Source of the DNA: Oopsacas minuta | Lineage: Eukaryota; Animalia; Porifera | Assembly: GCA_024704765.1 (NCBI GenBank) | Contig: JAKMXF010000181.1 | Span: 1-7,994 of the forward strand | DNA: 7,994 bases | Direction of reading: 5' to 3' | Position numbers and translations under genes: made by a program | The notes under the pieces: model-generated | Database searches by the model: none | Told to the model about the DNA's origin: nothing | The model's input: only the letters and a program-made list of their open reading frames with translations | In this document: piece after piece, positions 1 to 7,994 of the stretch | Position numbering within the stretch: the first letter of the stretch is position 1 | Layout: every line of letters starts with the position of its first letter

Positions 1-300
1 TTGTTCTACTTTCTGCAATATCCATAGAATCTTTCAACATATTCTCATCTAATGCCACTTGTGCACAAGTTGTAAACAGTGTTCCAATACTTTTGGCCAA
101 GCAGTGTAAGTGATAGTAAATATGAGCGGAATGTATAATTAAGCAATAATAATGGGTTTAAAAAGGTTAATTGTATTCACTGAGTTAAAAATATTACTTG
201 TGTGAGGATAAGAGGGTAAATCTTGCTTATTTTTAATAAGTGAAGTTTCTGTTTTCACGTTATTAAAATACCACAAAAACACCAGATATGTTGAATTAGA
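1..300 (-). pseudogene. Possible decayed coding remnant (Cys/His motifs), family unassigned
   Basis: The minus strand reads IHSAHIYYHLHCLAKSIGTLFTTCAQVALDENMLKDSMDIAESRT, open to the window edge (~140 to 1). A WCFCG motif lies upstream (~270-285) in a different frame. Confidence 0.3.
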
Positions 301-390
301 AAAAATGTCCACTGTAAGTGGGCTGTTTATGAAGTAAAAATATATTTTCATAATAGTAATGCATACAAAATTTTCTACCAAACTGACATA

Positions 391-705
391 GCTCGTAACA
401 AAAACCGCAATAAACGAGGGAATACATCGCGAACTGTAAAACGAGACACAAAATATTTTCCGCGAATAATCGAAACAACGAACGGCGAGGGCTGCATGTA
501 TTGTTCATAGATAAAATATAAGAACTTGTACATAGTTTTCAATATTTCATATTACAAGCGCACTTTGCTTGCTAGGTGGCTGCGCGACGGGCGGAAATAT
601 CCTTGAGCTGTGTGAAACAGCTACATTTGTCAGTGCTTTTGGGTCGCTACGCGACGGGATATACTCAGCACTACGTGCCTCGAGGTTAATTTTTGCGGAA
701 ATATT
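391..705. promoter_or_regulatory. CpG-rich patch with repeated motifs, possibly promoter-like or the terminal region of an element
   Basis: By-eye count gives ~24 CpG in 391-700 versus 2 in 1-380. GCT(G/A)CGCGACGGG occurs at 579-591 and 646-658. GCGGAAATAT occurs at 591-600 and 695-704, with a near-inverted copy ATATTTTCCGC at 453-463. Confidence 0.35.
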
Positions 706-1197
706 AATTTTTTATTATCCATGGTCCATCCAAATCCCATTTATTAGCGTTCTGTGGTAGCCCTGGAGCTGCTATCTACCTCTAGGTTAGTAATCTGGGC
801 ACTTCGTGTCTCGAGTATTATGAAATTCTCAAAAATATCGAAATTAGGAGGATTTGTGTACAGTCATGATGACGTAATCATTCTGATGAGTTTGCATTTG
901 GTCTAAATCATGAAGTCTGGACATTTGGCACATTGAAGAGTACCTGTGATTCATTCAAACTTTTATAATGTATATTGGCAGAGCAGTGGTTAATAATGTG
1001 ATTTTTGAAATTCCAAAAAGGTTACAATAACGTCCTAATTTCGTCATAGATGTGAATTTTCGTCCAAGACTCAAATTATCCGAGCCAGGCCCAAAAATAC
1101 CCCTGCATGCCAAAATTCGGCACTGGGTTCTTCCAGTTTCTTCTCTCAATTCCGAACATACAAACACATTTACATACAGATACATTGCTTTTTAATA

Positions 1198-1380
1198 CAG
1201 TAAAACCGCGTTAATACGAACATATTTAATACGAATTTCCTGTTAAGACGAACAGAATTTTACACAATTTTAGTCCGTACAATGAATATTCAATTGTTTC
1301 TACTGCGGTTAATACGTATTCCGTATAAGGAGTACAAATCTCGACAGTCCCTTGGTGTACGTATTAGCGAGGTTCTACTG
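1198..1380. mobile_element. pogo/Tigger-like MITE (183 bp)
   Basis: 24-bp TIRs CAGTAAAACCGCGTTAATACGAAC vs CAGTAGAACCTCGCTAATACGTAC (20/24 match). TA on both sides (1196-1197, 1381-1382). Internal TTAATACG-A-like repeats at 1211, 1226, 1243 and 1309. Confidence 0.88.
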
Positions 1381-1419
1381 TATTATAGAATTTATCTCCA
1401 TACCAGTTTAACCAACGTT

Positions 1420-1423
1420 TATC
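1420..1423. other. Left 4-bp target-site duplication TATC
   Basis: Directly abuts the CAC terminus and is identical to 4269-4272. Confidence 0.9.
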
Positions 1424-1827
1424 CACGGGTCGCTCAGATTCAAATATCGATAAAAATAATACAGCTTGTTCAAAACTTACCTGGAGTTATAGAGTAGCAT
1501 GTCTATTTCCTAAATATCCATTATTTAAAATTATTCGTACGCAAAAACAAAATTAGCCTAATTGTATTTTTTCACCTAATTTTAACACCTTCCATTTGTG
1601 GTACAGTGGAACCCCGGAAATACGGTCACCCACGGGACCGAGAAAAATGGCCGTAATTTCGGGGTGGCCGTAATTGTGATTAATGTTAATGTCTATAGTA
1701 TATTAAACGGGACTTTAAACAGTGGCCGGTATATCGAAGTGGCCGCTATTCTGGGGTGGCCGTTAAGCGGGGTTCCACTGTACTTACTCTTTGAATTCAA
1801 TTCATGTTAATTAGTAGTGTTAACTAT
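1424..1827 (+). repeat. Left TIR of the Chapaev element (~225 bp once the inserted MITE and one TA are removed)
   Basis: 1424-1603 plus 1783-1827 align to the reverse complement of 4042-4268. Manual alignment gives about 15 differences including small indels, i.e. low-90s % identity. Confidence 0.96.
1604..1780. mobile_element. pogo/Tigger-like MITE (177 bp) inserted in the left Chapaev TIR
   Basis: Perfect 13-bp TIR CAGTGGAACCCCG, extendable imperfectly through ACGG(T/C)CACCC. TA TSD at 1602-1603 and 1781-1782. The equivalent site in the right TIR has a single TA (4087-4088). Confidence 0.95.
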
Positions 1828-1968
1828 ACACATGAATTGTAAGAATATTTCCTTACTTGTAGTGTCTTCACACTTGAATACATGTCGTTTAGTACGGGAT
1901 CTGTATTCAACTGCAAATACCATAAATATCGAATATTTGAAACCAAAAAAATATAATTTGGAAGTTGA

Positions 1969-3959
1969 ATCCTGTGGAACAATGAGGTATATTTAACTCC
2001 AAGATTACTAAAGATATATGCACAGTTTTTATCAAACAACGTTGACAATCTTAGCTGCATGTTACTGACAGTTCTCTGTAAGACTTGTGTAATTTGGCTT
2101 GAGAAAACGGACAAGAATCTGAATGCTTGAAATATTCCGATACCATTTTCTTGGACACTGTCTATAAAGAACACCCGACTAAGCTCTTGTTTTGTTGGTT
2201 TTCCTTGTGCTAGGTGTCTCGAAGCGCATCAATTTGGACCAAAGAAACATGCACCTCAGCAAATTCGACATAAATCTGTTAGTAGACCGGTAGAAAATAC
2301 TCCTCAACAAGTTGTAAAGTTGTGCAATAAATGTTTCTGAAAGTAGGACGAGGCATTCACCATAAATGTTCTTCTTCTAATGCTGTTACCAACACCAGAC
2401 ACTGCTTAAGTAAAAGAAAATTATTAAATAAATTTGTAGGAGATGACATCGTTAAGCGTTTGAATGTAAGTGATTATTCATAGCTCGAACTACCACGCAT
2501 TTCAGGAGGGCACCCGGTTTATCTTACAGCTAGTTCTTCTTTGATTAAGTCTGCTTCAAGCAGTGTACCGTCTGTCAGTCTTGAACTCTCAGATATGTTA
2601 CAAATAAATACTAAAGGAAATCTAAGTAATAACGATCTTAAGTCAGTTATAAGTATATTGAGAGGTAAATTAATTGGCACCCCAGGAATGAAATTATTTT
2701 ACACTGCTCGATATGAAATTATTGGTCAATTCTTTGAAGTTTGCCAACTAGAGCTGAACCGATCTCAGAAGAAGAGATATAGTGATATTTGCCCTGTCTG
2801 GACAGCATTCTGTTGTGATGTTCCTGGCCTTCTTAGTAAAAGATTTTCTCAATCAGATGGGATTGATATCTATAAATTACATTATAAGTTAGGACTGGAC
2901 TTTGGACAAGGATTTTTGAAAGTGACATTTCAACCAGAATTATCCAATAGCGTAAGCGATCTGGCTATAATTTGGCTGAGCCCTGTACCAGAAATTATCA
3001 CAACCTCAAGTCAATATTCTCCAGTCATGAAATCAGATGTCTAATCCTAGACTTTAATGTTAGCCTAACGATTGATATAAAAGCTGCACTAATAGCTTTT
3101 GGTATCATGCCTGGCAGGCATCCCTGTCCCTGGAGTACCTGGGACGAAAGGGATAATCTTGACGATATTGGGAAATGGGAGCTAAGAGGGTCAACACAGC
3201 ATGGTCTACAGTATGAAGAATTTGCAGAGAAGATGGCGGAATGAAGGAAAATTCAAAATTATGCAAGGGAGTTGAAAACCCCACCGTATTTCAGGATGCT
3301 GTAATTCTACCTATTGAAAACATAGCTATTCTCAATCTCCCTGAGCTACATTTGCTGCTTGGAGTAGGCCAGAGACTTTATGATGTAATTATAGAGTCCA
3401 TTTTCAGAAGACGAAATACAGATCCATCAGGATACTTTGAAGAGATATAACATCAAGAAAAGTCAATAACATGGCGGAAGCTTTGAAGGGAATTCAATGA
3501 GATTATTACTGAAACATCATGGAGATTTGTTTCTAAATAAGAATTGTAATGCCTTCATAGCATTAAGAAGATTGGACTCCATAGTATCTTCTTGTTTTGG
3601 GATATCCAGATGTACTCCCAAGTTTCACTAAAGGATCTTTGAATTTGAAGAAGCCTACAAAATGTGTGGTATTTCTTGGATAACAAAAGTACATATAGTA
3701 TGCCGCCATTTGGTTCCCTTTCTGCTAAAAATATTTACCTACAGATAACGGATTGGCTGTAGTATAAGAACTGGCATTGGAATCTAGTCACCATCATTTT
3801 AACAATGTGTGAAGATACAAATTTGGTGAGGATACAGAAGGTTATGGTGAAGGATTATTTAACGCAGTGTGCGAATTTAATTATATATCTCTTGCTACTG
3901 ATAATGCAGCAGATGTTTGGAAGGGATTACAAGATGAAAACAAGATCGAATGCAATTGA
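1969..3959 (+). pseudogene. Chapaev-like DDE transposase pseudogene (Chapa zinc-finger N-terminus, RAG1/Transib-like core); start approximate
   Basis: Motifs stitched across frames, in order: VLCKTC (Cys 2077, 2086); PCARC (2206, 2215); KLCNKCF-KVGRGIHHKC (2323-2369); SGGHP; LGLDFGQGFLKV (Asp 2898-2900); PVP-ENYHNL; DIKAALIAFGIMPGRHPCPWS (Asp 3074-3076); LPELHLLLG; HGGSFEGN; TKVHIVCRH; ELALESSHH (Glu 3780-3782); YGEGLFNAVCEFN; stop TGA 3957-3959. In-frame stops include 2128, 2481 and 3765. Frameshifts occur near 2339, 2992, 3228, 3400 and 3748. Confidence 0.85.
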
Positions 3960-4041
3960 TAAGATAAAAGGCAAGTATAATTATATGAAAATCAGTGTGA
4001 ATTAATAGTTTTCCAATATTTTTGTTTTAGTTTATATGAAG

Positions 4042-4268
4042 ATAGTTAACACTACTAATTAGCATGTATTGAATTCAAAGAGTAAGTACCACAAATGGAA
4101 GGTGTTAGAATTAGGTGAAAAATACAATTAGGCTAAATTTTTGTTTTTGCATACGAATAATTTTAAATAATGGATATTTAGGAAGTAGACATGCTACTCT
4201 ATCACTCCAGCTAAGTTTTGAACAAATTGTATTTTTTATTATCGATTTTTGAATCTGAGCGACTCGTG
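4042..4268 (-). repeat. Right TIR of the Chapaev element (227 bp, uninterrupted)
   Basis: Inverted copy of the left TIR. Similarity stops at ATAGTTAAC (4042-4050), which pairs with GTTAACTAT (1819-1827). Confidence 0.96.
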
Positions 4269-4272
4269 TATC
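4269..4272. other. Right 4-bp target-site duplication TATC
   Basis: Directly abuts the GTG terminus and is identical to 1420-1423. Confidence 0.9.
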
Positions 4273-4296
4273 CTTTGTAAAGATAATAAATCATAT

Positions 4297-4423
4297 CAGT
4301 ACAACCTCGATTATCCGAACATGCTCCCTGGTCCCAGAATCTATTTTACTATGTATAAACGACTTCGATTATCCGAATGCTTTTGACCAATCCCAACGAG
4401 TTCGAATAATTGAAGTTGTACAG
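4297..4423. mobile_element. pogo/Tigger-like MITE (127 bp)
   Basis: TIRs CAGTACAACCTCGATTATCCGAAC vs CTGTACAACTTCAATTATTCGAAC (20/24 match). Internal copy CTTCGATTATCCGAA at 4363-4377. TA is present on the right (4424-4425); the left flank reads TAT, so the TSD is imperfect. Confidence 0.82.
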
Positions 4424-4457
4424 TAAGTATAATATATAATTTATTGATGTAATTTGT

Positions 4458-4490
4458 GGTCCCTTGAATGTCCATAAACGAACCTGACTG
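4458..4490. mobile_element. Solo end of a fourth pogo/Tigger-like MITE
   Basis: GGTCCCTTGAATGTCCATAAACGAACCTGACTG|TA ends in ACTG+TA. It shares GTCCCTTG..TGT.C with the right end of the first MITE (from 1347). No clear matching left end. Confidence 0.5.
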
Positions 4491-4640
4491 TAGTAAATAT
4501 TAGGTGGTGCCAAGGTTATGCCAGGTAGCGCCATGGAGCTACCTGATGCCATCCCGTGTACCCCCCTGATAGAAAGTCTACCATTTTATAACTGAGCCAC
4601 TATACTGCTATAAGCAATTATTAATTATACATACCATAAA

Positions 4641-5605
4641 ATGGGGATACTTTGGCCCACTGGGTTGGATTTAGCCCAAATATTGAAGTTCTCAAGAAAT
4701 TTCGATGTGATTCAGTATAAAGCTTCAAAAAGACCACGCGTATTAGAAAATTGGATTAAAATTTGCATGGTCAAAGTCAATACTGGATCTTATATCTAAG
4801 GGAAATATGCAAATCGCCCTCCATGAACTTGGTCATGAAATTACATTTCTGACAGACATCACTATGAATGCATTCAGTGTGAGTTTGAAAATTCATATAT
4901 TTGCTAATGTACATTTCTCAATACTAATTACCTTTAGGTGCTATTACTAAACCAATTCGCACACATCAAAGGGATGCAAGATACAATTGGAAGTAAAGAA
5001 AGAAATATTATTGAGTTATATACTAGTCTACCTGTAATAGGAGCGACATTTGTACCAGCCCTTCCAGGTAGTATCCAAATACACCACGATGGAGCACTAC
5101 ACAGGATTGCTTCGAGGATAGACGTAAATAGGGTAGTTTACCTGTACGACTCGATGTATTAGGCAACAGTAACGGATTGAACTAAGGTACAACTAGCGTC
5201 ACTCTATAGAAGGGAGGCCCCGAAGATCTTGAAGTGCAGCAAGTACCAATTCGACAACAACAAAGAAGCTCGGACTGTCGTCTATTTGCAGCTGCTGTGT
5301 GTCTCTTTTTAGCTCAAGGTGGAGATCCAGCAAAGGTTAGGTGGCGTCAAAAGCGTATGCGGAAGCACCTCAGAGATTGCTTAGAAACTAGAAACTTGAC
5401 GCCATTTCGAAGCATTCCGGCGAAATTCTCGTCCAATGTAGAGCCATCCTCGTTCTTGATCTCATTAATCTGCGTATGCAGACTCCCTGAATACGCTTTC
5501 AATAAGACCATGGCCTGTTCTTCTTGCACCGAGAAATACCACAATTCCTGTTTGGGATATAAAGATCTCAGAAAGAGACCAACAAATTTCTTCTGTTTCC
5601 AATGA
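4641..5605 (+). pseudogene. Ulp1-like (C48) cysteine protease + C-terminal PHD finger, transposon-type, spliced pseudogene
   Basis: Splicing out 4879-4937 gives FLTDITMNAFS|VLLLNQFAHIKGMQDT. Triad-like motifs follow: GALH(R)I (His 5100-5102), YLYDSMY (Asp 5148-5150), QQQRSSDC(R)LFA (Cys 5276-5278). The PHD-like region is CVCRLP...ACSSC...YHNSC...FFC. Disablements: frameshift ~4778, stops at 5160 and 5178, frameshift ~5232, and TGA 5603-5605 probably truncating the last PHD Cys. The same frame may extend back to ~4504 with two stops. Confidence 0.8.
4879..4937 (+). other. 59-nt GT-AG intron (phase 0)
   Basis: Donor GTGAGT, branch-like CTAAT, acceptor CCTTTAG. Removal joins the two Ulp1 segments in frame. 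Confidence 0.85.
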
Positions 5606-6105
5606 CGACCTCAATAAGATTTAGCCAAGTTAGAAACAGATAATGATCTCAACTGAGATAACGAATGTTCGAGTTAACATGAATACCATGCTCATTACAT
5701 TATATAAAACAACCTATTTTGAATTTTGTTCCTAATTGTGCTTGAAATTTCCTATTTCTTAAACTCCCACTGTTTCGTTTTAGTGTACCCAATATGTTCA
5801 TTACCTCCTGCAAGGGACTACATTATATAAATATTTCTGTTTCTGTTACTGAAATTTGTTGATGTCTGTATTAATAATCAATAGGAAGTACCGCATCATA
5901 TAGAAAAGATTTTCCAATCGCATGTAGGCAATTTGAGTTGAAATCCTTCTGACTGTTGAGAATAATTGTTCACATGCCTGTGAGTTGATACGAATTAGTT
6001 TATCCTCGTGAATGTGTCAGCATTGAGTATAATGGAGAACATCGATGATTGCACGAGTGAAATCTGTCAATCAGGAAACTTGTATGCTAAATAGCTACCG
6101 GATCT

Positions 6106-6161
6106 CTAGAAAATTATATCCATTAATACATTAAAGTATCTGCTAGGAATTCAGTAAATGC
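6106..6161 (-). other. 56-nt intron with GC donor (GC-AG)
   Basis: On the minus strand: ATCAG|GCATTT...ATTTTCTAG|AGATCCG. Removal joins HRTCSIR to DPVAI*HTSFLIDRFH in frame, matching the expected KDZ spacing. Confidence 0.7.
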
Positions 6162-6411
6162 CTGATGGAGCACGTTCTATGGAGGTTACAGACGTTGTCA
6201 TATATAATAATCCGAGGTTGGACCTTAAACTGTGTCAGCAAGAGGTGAAAGATAGAAACGGTAGATTCCTTCGATCTCAATATCTGATATCCATAGCAAA
6301 CCTTGTGTTTGCAGCACATCATTATCACACCAGGTGATAGTGAGTGATGTGTATGGAATTTCTTTGCACAGCTATCCTTGCTCACCGAATTATTGTCCTC
6401 CACATATATGG

Positions 6412-6475
6412 CTAATCTATACATGTCAAGAATAGTTACTTTCTAGTGTATCATATTACACATTGAAAAACTTAC
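6412..6475 (-). other. GT-AG intron (64 nt; alternative acceptor at 6417 would give 59 nt)
   Basis: Minus-strand donor GTAAGT at 6475. The acceptor ending at 6412 joins YFPGFTT-S-IYVEDNNSVSKDSCAKKF in frame. Confidence 0.65.
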
Positions 6476-7994
6476 ATGTTGTGAATCCAGGGAAATACTA
6501 CGAGTAATTTAGTGATTCTGTTGGTTTGAAGAGTACCAATTTTCTAGTAGGTATGGAATACAAGGCTTCAAGCCGTTTCATAACCCAACTCAGCACAGCA
6601 AATACTTTAGGATGCAAAGATATTAACACTTGTCCCTGATTGTCTGTTTCCTTTTTACAATCAAAGGATAAGAATAGCCCTTCAAGTGTATGTATCTTAC
6701 GGAAAATTCCTAAAATATCCTTCCCTTCAGCGAATCTTCCTCTCGATAGCTTCAATACAGAAACGAGTTCTTCTTGGCCTAGTAGAGCAAATTGAAATAT
6801 TCCCGAAATGGGCTCATTTCTAGTGAAGTACTTAATAACATCACTAATGCGACTGTCTCTAACGAGAACATTGCAATCATCCACGATACTCCCTGCATGA
6901 TATAATTTTCAAGAGGACCTAAACCAAGAGACTGAAGGAGATTTTGGAATGCAGTGATTGGGAGGCCATGTTCAGTGCATAGCACTGCTTCAGAAAGTGG
7001 TCCGGATAGAAATAGAAACAAACCTGGTTGTATGGTCCAATAAATGTACAGTTAAAACATTGGGAAGTAATTAATGAAAATATAAAGTAGTCTCATAGTA
7101 GAAACACTAGATTACGTCCTGTTTTGAAAACGTATCAAACAGTCATCGTAACAGAGAATTGGTATTGCTACTTGGGAAAGATGGAAATATAAAACGATTA
7201 ACAAGGCTAGAAAACTACTTCCATACTTTGGATACAATAGCGCGAAGTAATAATTCATCAAAACAAGAAAAGTCATGGTCCGGATAAAAGCCGGACCAGC
7301 AAATTCTACCCAAGAAAGGTCCTACACCAATGAATTGTTGTAAATACAGTAATAGCGCTTTTCTGTTAGCTATAGATGGAATGAATATACGCAATCTCTG
7401 GGAAATGGGAAGTACTTGTTGATCTTCATTAATCTGGATGGAGGAAGGATTTATTCATAATATTATCATAACCACATGCAGAGATAGTTGTGAAAATATT
7501 ATGAATAAAATCTTTATTACTACTTGGTAGAATACAAAGTGTACCTCCTGCACAGTCAGTTTCAAATCTCTTTCTACACGAGAAGAATAGTTCTGGAACA
7601 AGGAACGTGAGGCTCTCGCTCTCCCCCAAGTTGTCCGACTGGAACAGCATTTCTGATTGAAACGGTGGGTTAGGTACATCATCAGAGGTAAGCCCCATCC
7701 CCCGCTAAACACAAACACCCTTATCTCACCATCTCTGTCATTAGTTAACACCTTCACCACATCTTCTGTTGTTCCTGGAATATATAACACACTTAAGAAC
7801 TCAATAGAACCAGTTATCTCAGGATGAATGCTGAAATAAGGTGTGAACGGCTGTCGTACATCCATTAAAATATCTTTGTCAGGCTTGCTAATGCGAATAC
7901 AGGGTGTTAAGAAATTGATGTCCCATTTTATACCATGCATATTTCAATAATGCGAACTAGAAAGGTGTGCTATTTACTTTCCTATGTAATCTCC

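Larger units (their letters stand above)
1424..4268 (+). mobile_element. Chapaev-type DNA transposon, full-length structure, non-functional
   Basis: The left end is CACGGGTCGCTCAGATTCAAA (1424). The right end reverse-complements to CACGAGTCGCTCAGATTCAAA (ends 4268). Identical TATC flanks both ends (1420-1423, 4269-4272). Long TIRs enclose a transposase pseudogene with Chapa-type Cys/His motifs. CAC termini and a 4-bp TSD match the published description of Chapaev elements. Confidence 0.88.
5846..7940 (-). pseudogene. KDZ (Kyakuja-Dileera-Zisupton)-type transposase pseudogene, similar in motif layout to the transposase-derived domain of HMGXB3; 5' boundary uncertain
   Basis: Minus-strand motifs: SCAKKFHTHHSLSPGVIMMCCKHKVCYGYQILRSKES; PRIIIYDNVCNLH (Asp 6197-6199); FLIDRFHSCNHRCS (Asp 6066-6068); INSQACEQLFSTVRRISTQIAYM (Glu 5969-5971); stop at 5848-5846. 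Weaker upstream matches: WK*FSSL (~7223), ILCYDDC (~7145, candidate first Asp), EPISGIFQ and YFPGF. Many stops and frameshifts. The 7200-7940 part is assigned with less confidence. Confidence 0.8.

Noticed and set aside
822-1043. Short inverted matches (CGAAATTAGGA at 839 and 1033; GAAATTCTCAAAAAT-like at 822 and ~1001) and the near-palindrome ATGATGACGTAATCAT at 866-881
   Set aside because: The order of the matches is inconsistent with a nested TIR pair and no TSD is seen. It may be an old repeat but cannot be delimited.
1445-1452. DRE-like palindrome TATCGATA in the left TIR
   Set aside because: The right TIR copy is not identical, and the host taxon is unknown, so relevance is unsupported.
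1824-2174. 116-aa minus-strand ORF, and similarly 5347-5544, 4349-4552, 1282-1497 and 1598-1810
   Set aside because: These are antisense shadows of pseudogenes or read-throughs of MITE/TIR sequence. They have no recognisable motifs.
2541-3450. ORFs 2541-3044, 2972-3244 and 3241-3450 as an overlapping operon
   Set aside because: They are consecutive frameshifted pieces of one transposase; the motifs continue across the junctions.
3805-4005. 66-aa plus-strand ORF
   Set aside because: Wrong frame. The transposase C-terminus (ELALESSH...AVCEFN) is in another frame ending at 3959.
4522-4545. Hairpin CAGGTAGC-N8-GCTACCTG, loosely similar to GGTAGCCCTGGAGCT at 756-770
   Set aside because: The stem is only 8 bp, there is no U-tract or terminus context, and it may lie in upstream coding sequence of the protease gene. 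Chance cannot be excluded.
4761-4814. Two opposed octamer motifs (ATTTGCAT, ATGCAAAT)
   Set aside because: They fall within the reconstructed protease exon and are plausible by chance in AT-rich DNA.
1-7994. CRISPR array, rRNA/tRNA genes, or a prokaryotic or phage system
   Set aside because: There is no regularly spaced repeat-spacer array and no RNA-gene signature. Spliceosomal introns and eukaryotic transposon families indicate a eukaryotic genome.

Overview
This is AT-rich eukaryotic DNA, probably from an invertebrate given the 56-64 nt spliceosomal introns. It consists almost entirely of decayed DNA transposons; no intact gene is supported. (1) A structurally complete but coding-dead Chapaev-type element spans 1424-4268. 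It has CAC...GTG ends, ~226-bp terminal inverted repeats (TIRs), a perfect 4-bp TATC target-site duplication (TSD), and a fragmented transposase with Chapa zinc fingers and a RAG1/Transib-like D-D-E core. (2) Three pogo/Tigger-like MITEs plus one solo MITE end cluster around it. One MITE sits inside the left Chapaev TIR, and the right TIR preserves the empty site. (3) A spliced Ulp1-like (C48) protease + PHD-finger pseudogene on + (~4641-5605) converges on (4) a spliced KDZ (Kyakuja-Dileera-Zisupton)-type transposase pseudogene on - (5846-~7940). The left ~1.2 kb holds a CpG-rich promoter-like patch and a possible further decayed coding remnant. All family calls come from motif recognition by eye, not from database searches.
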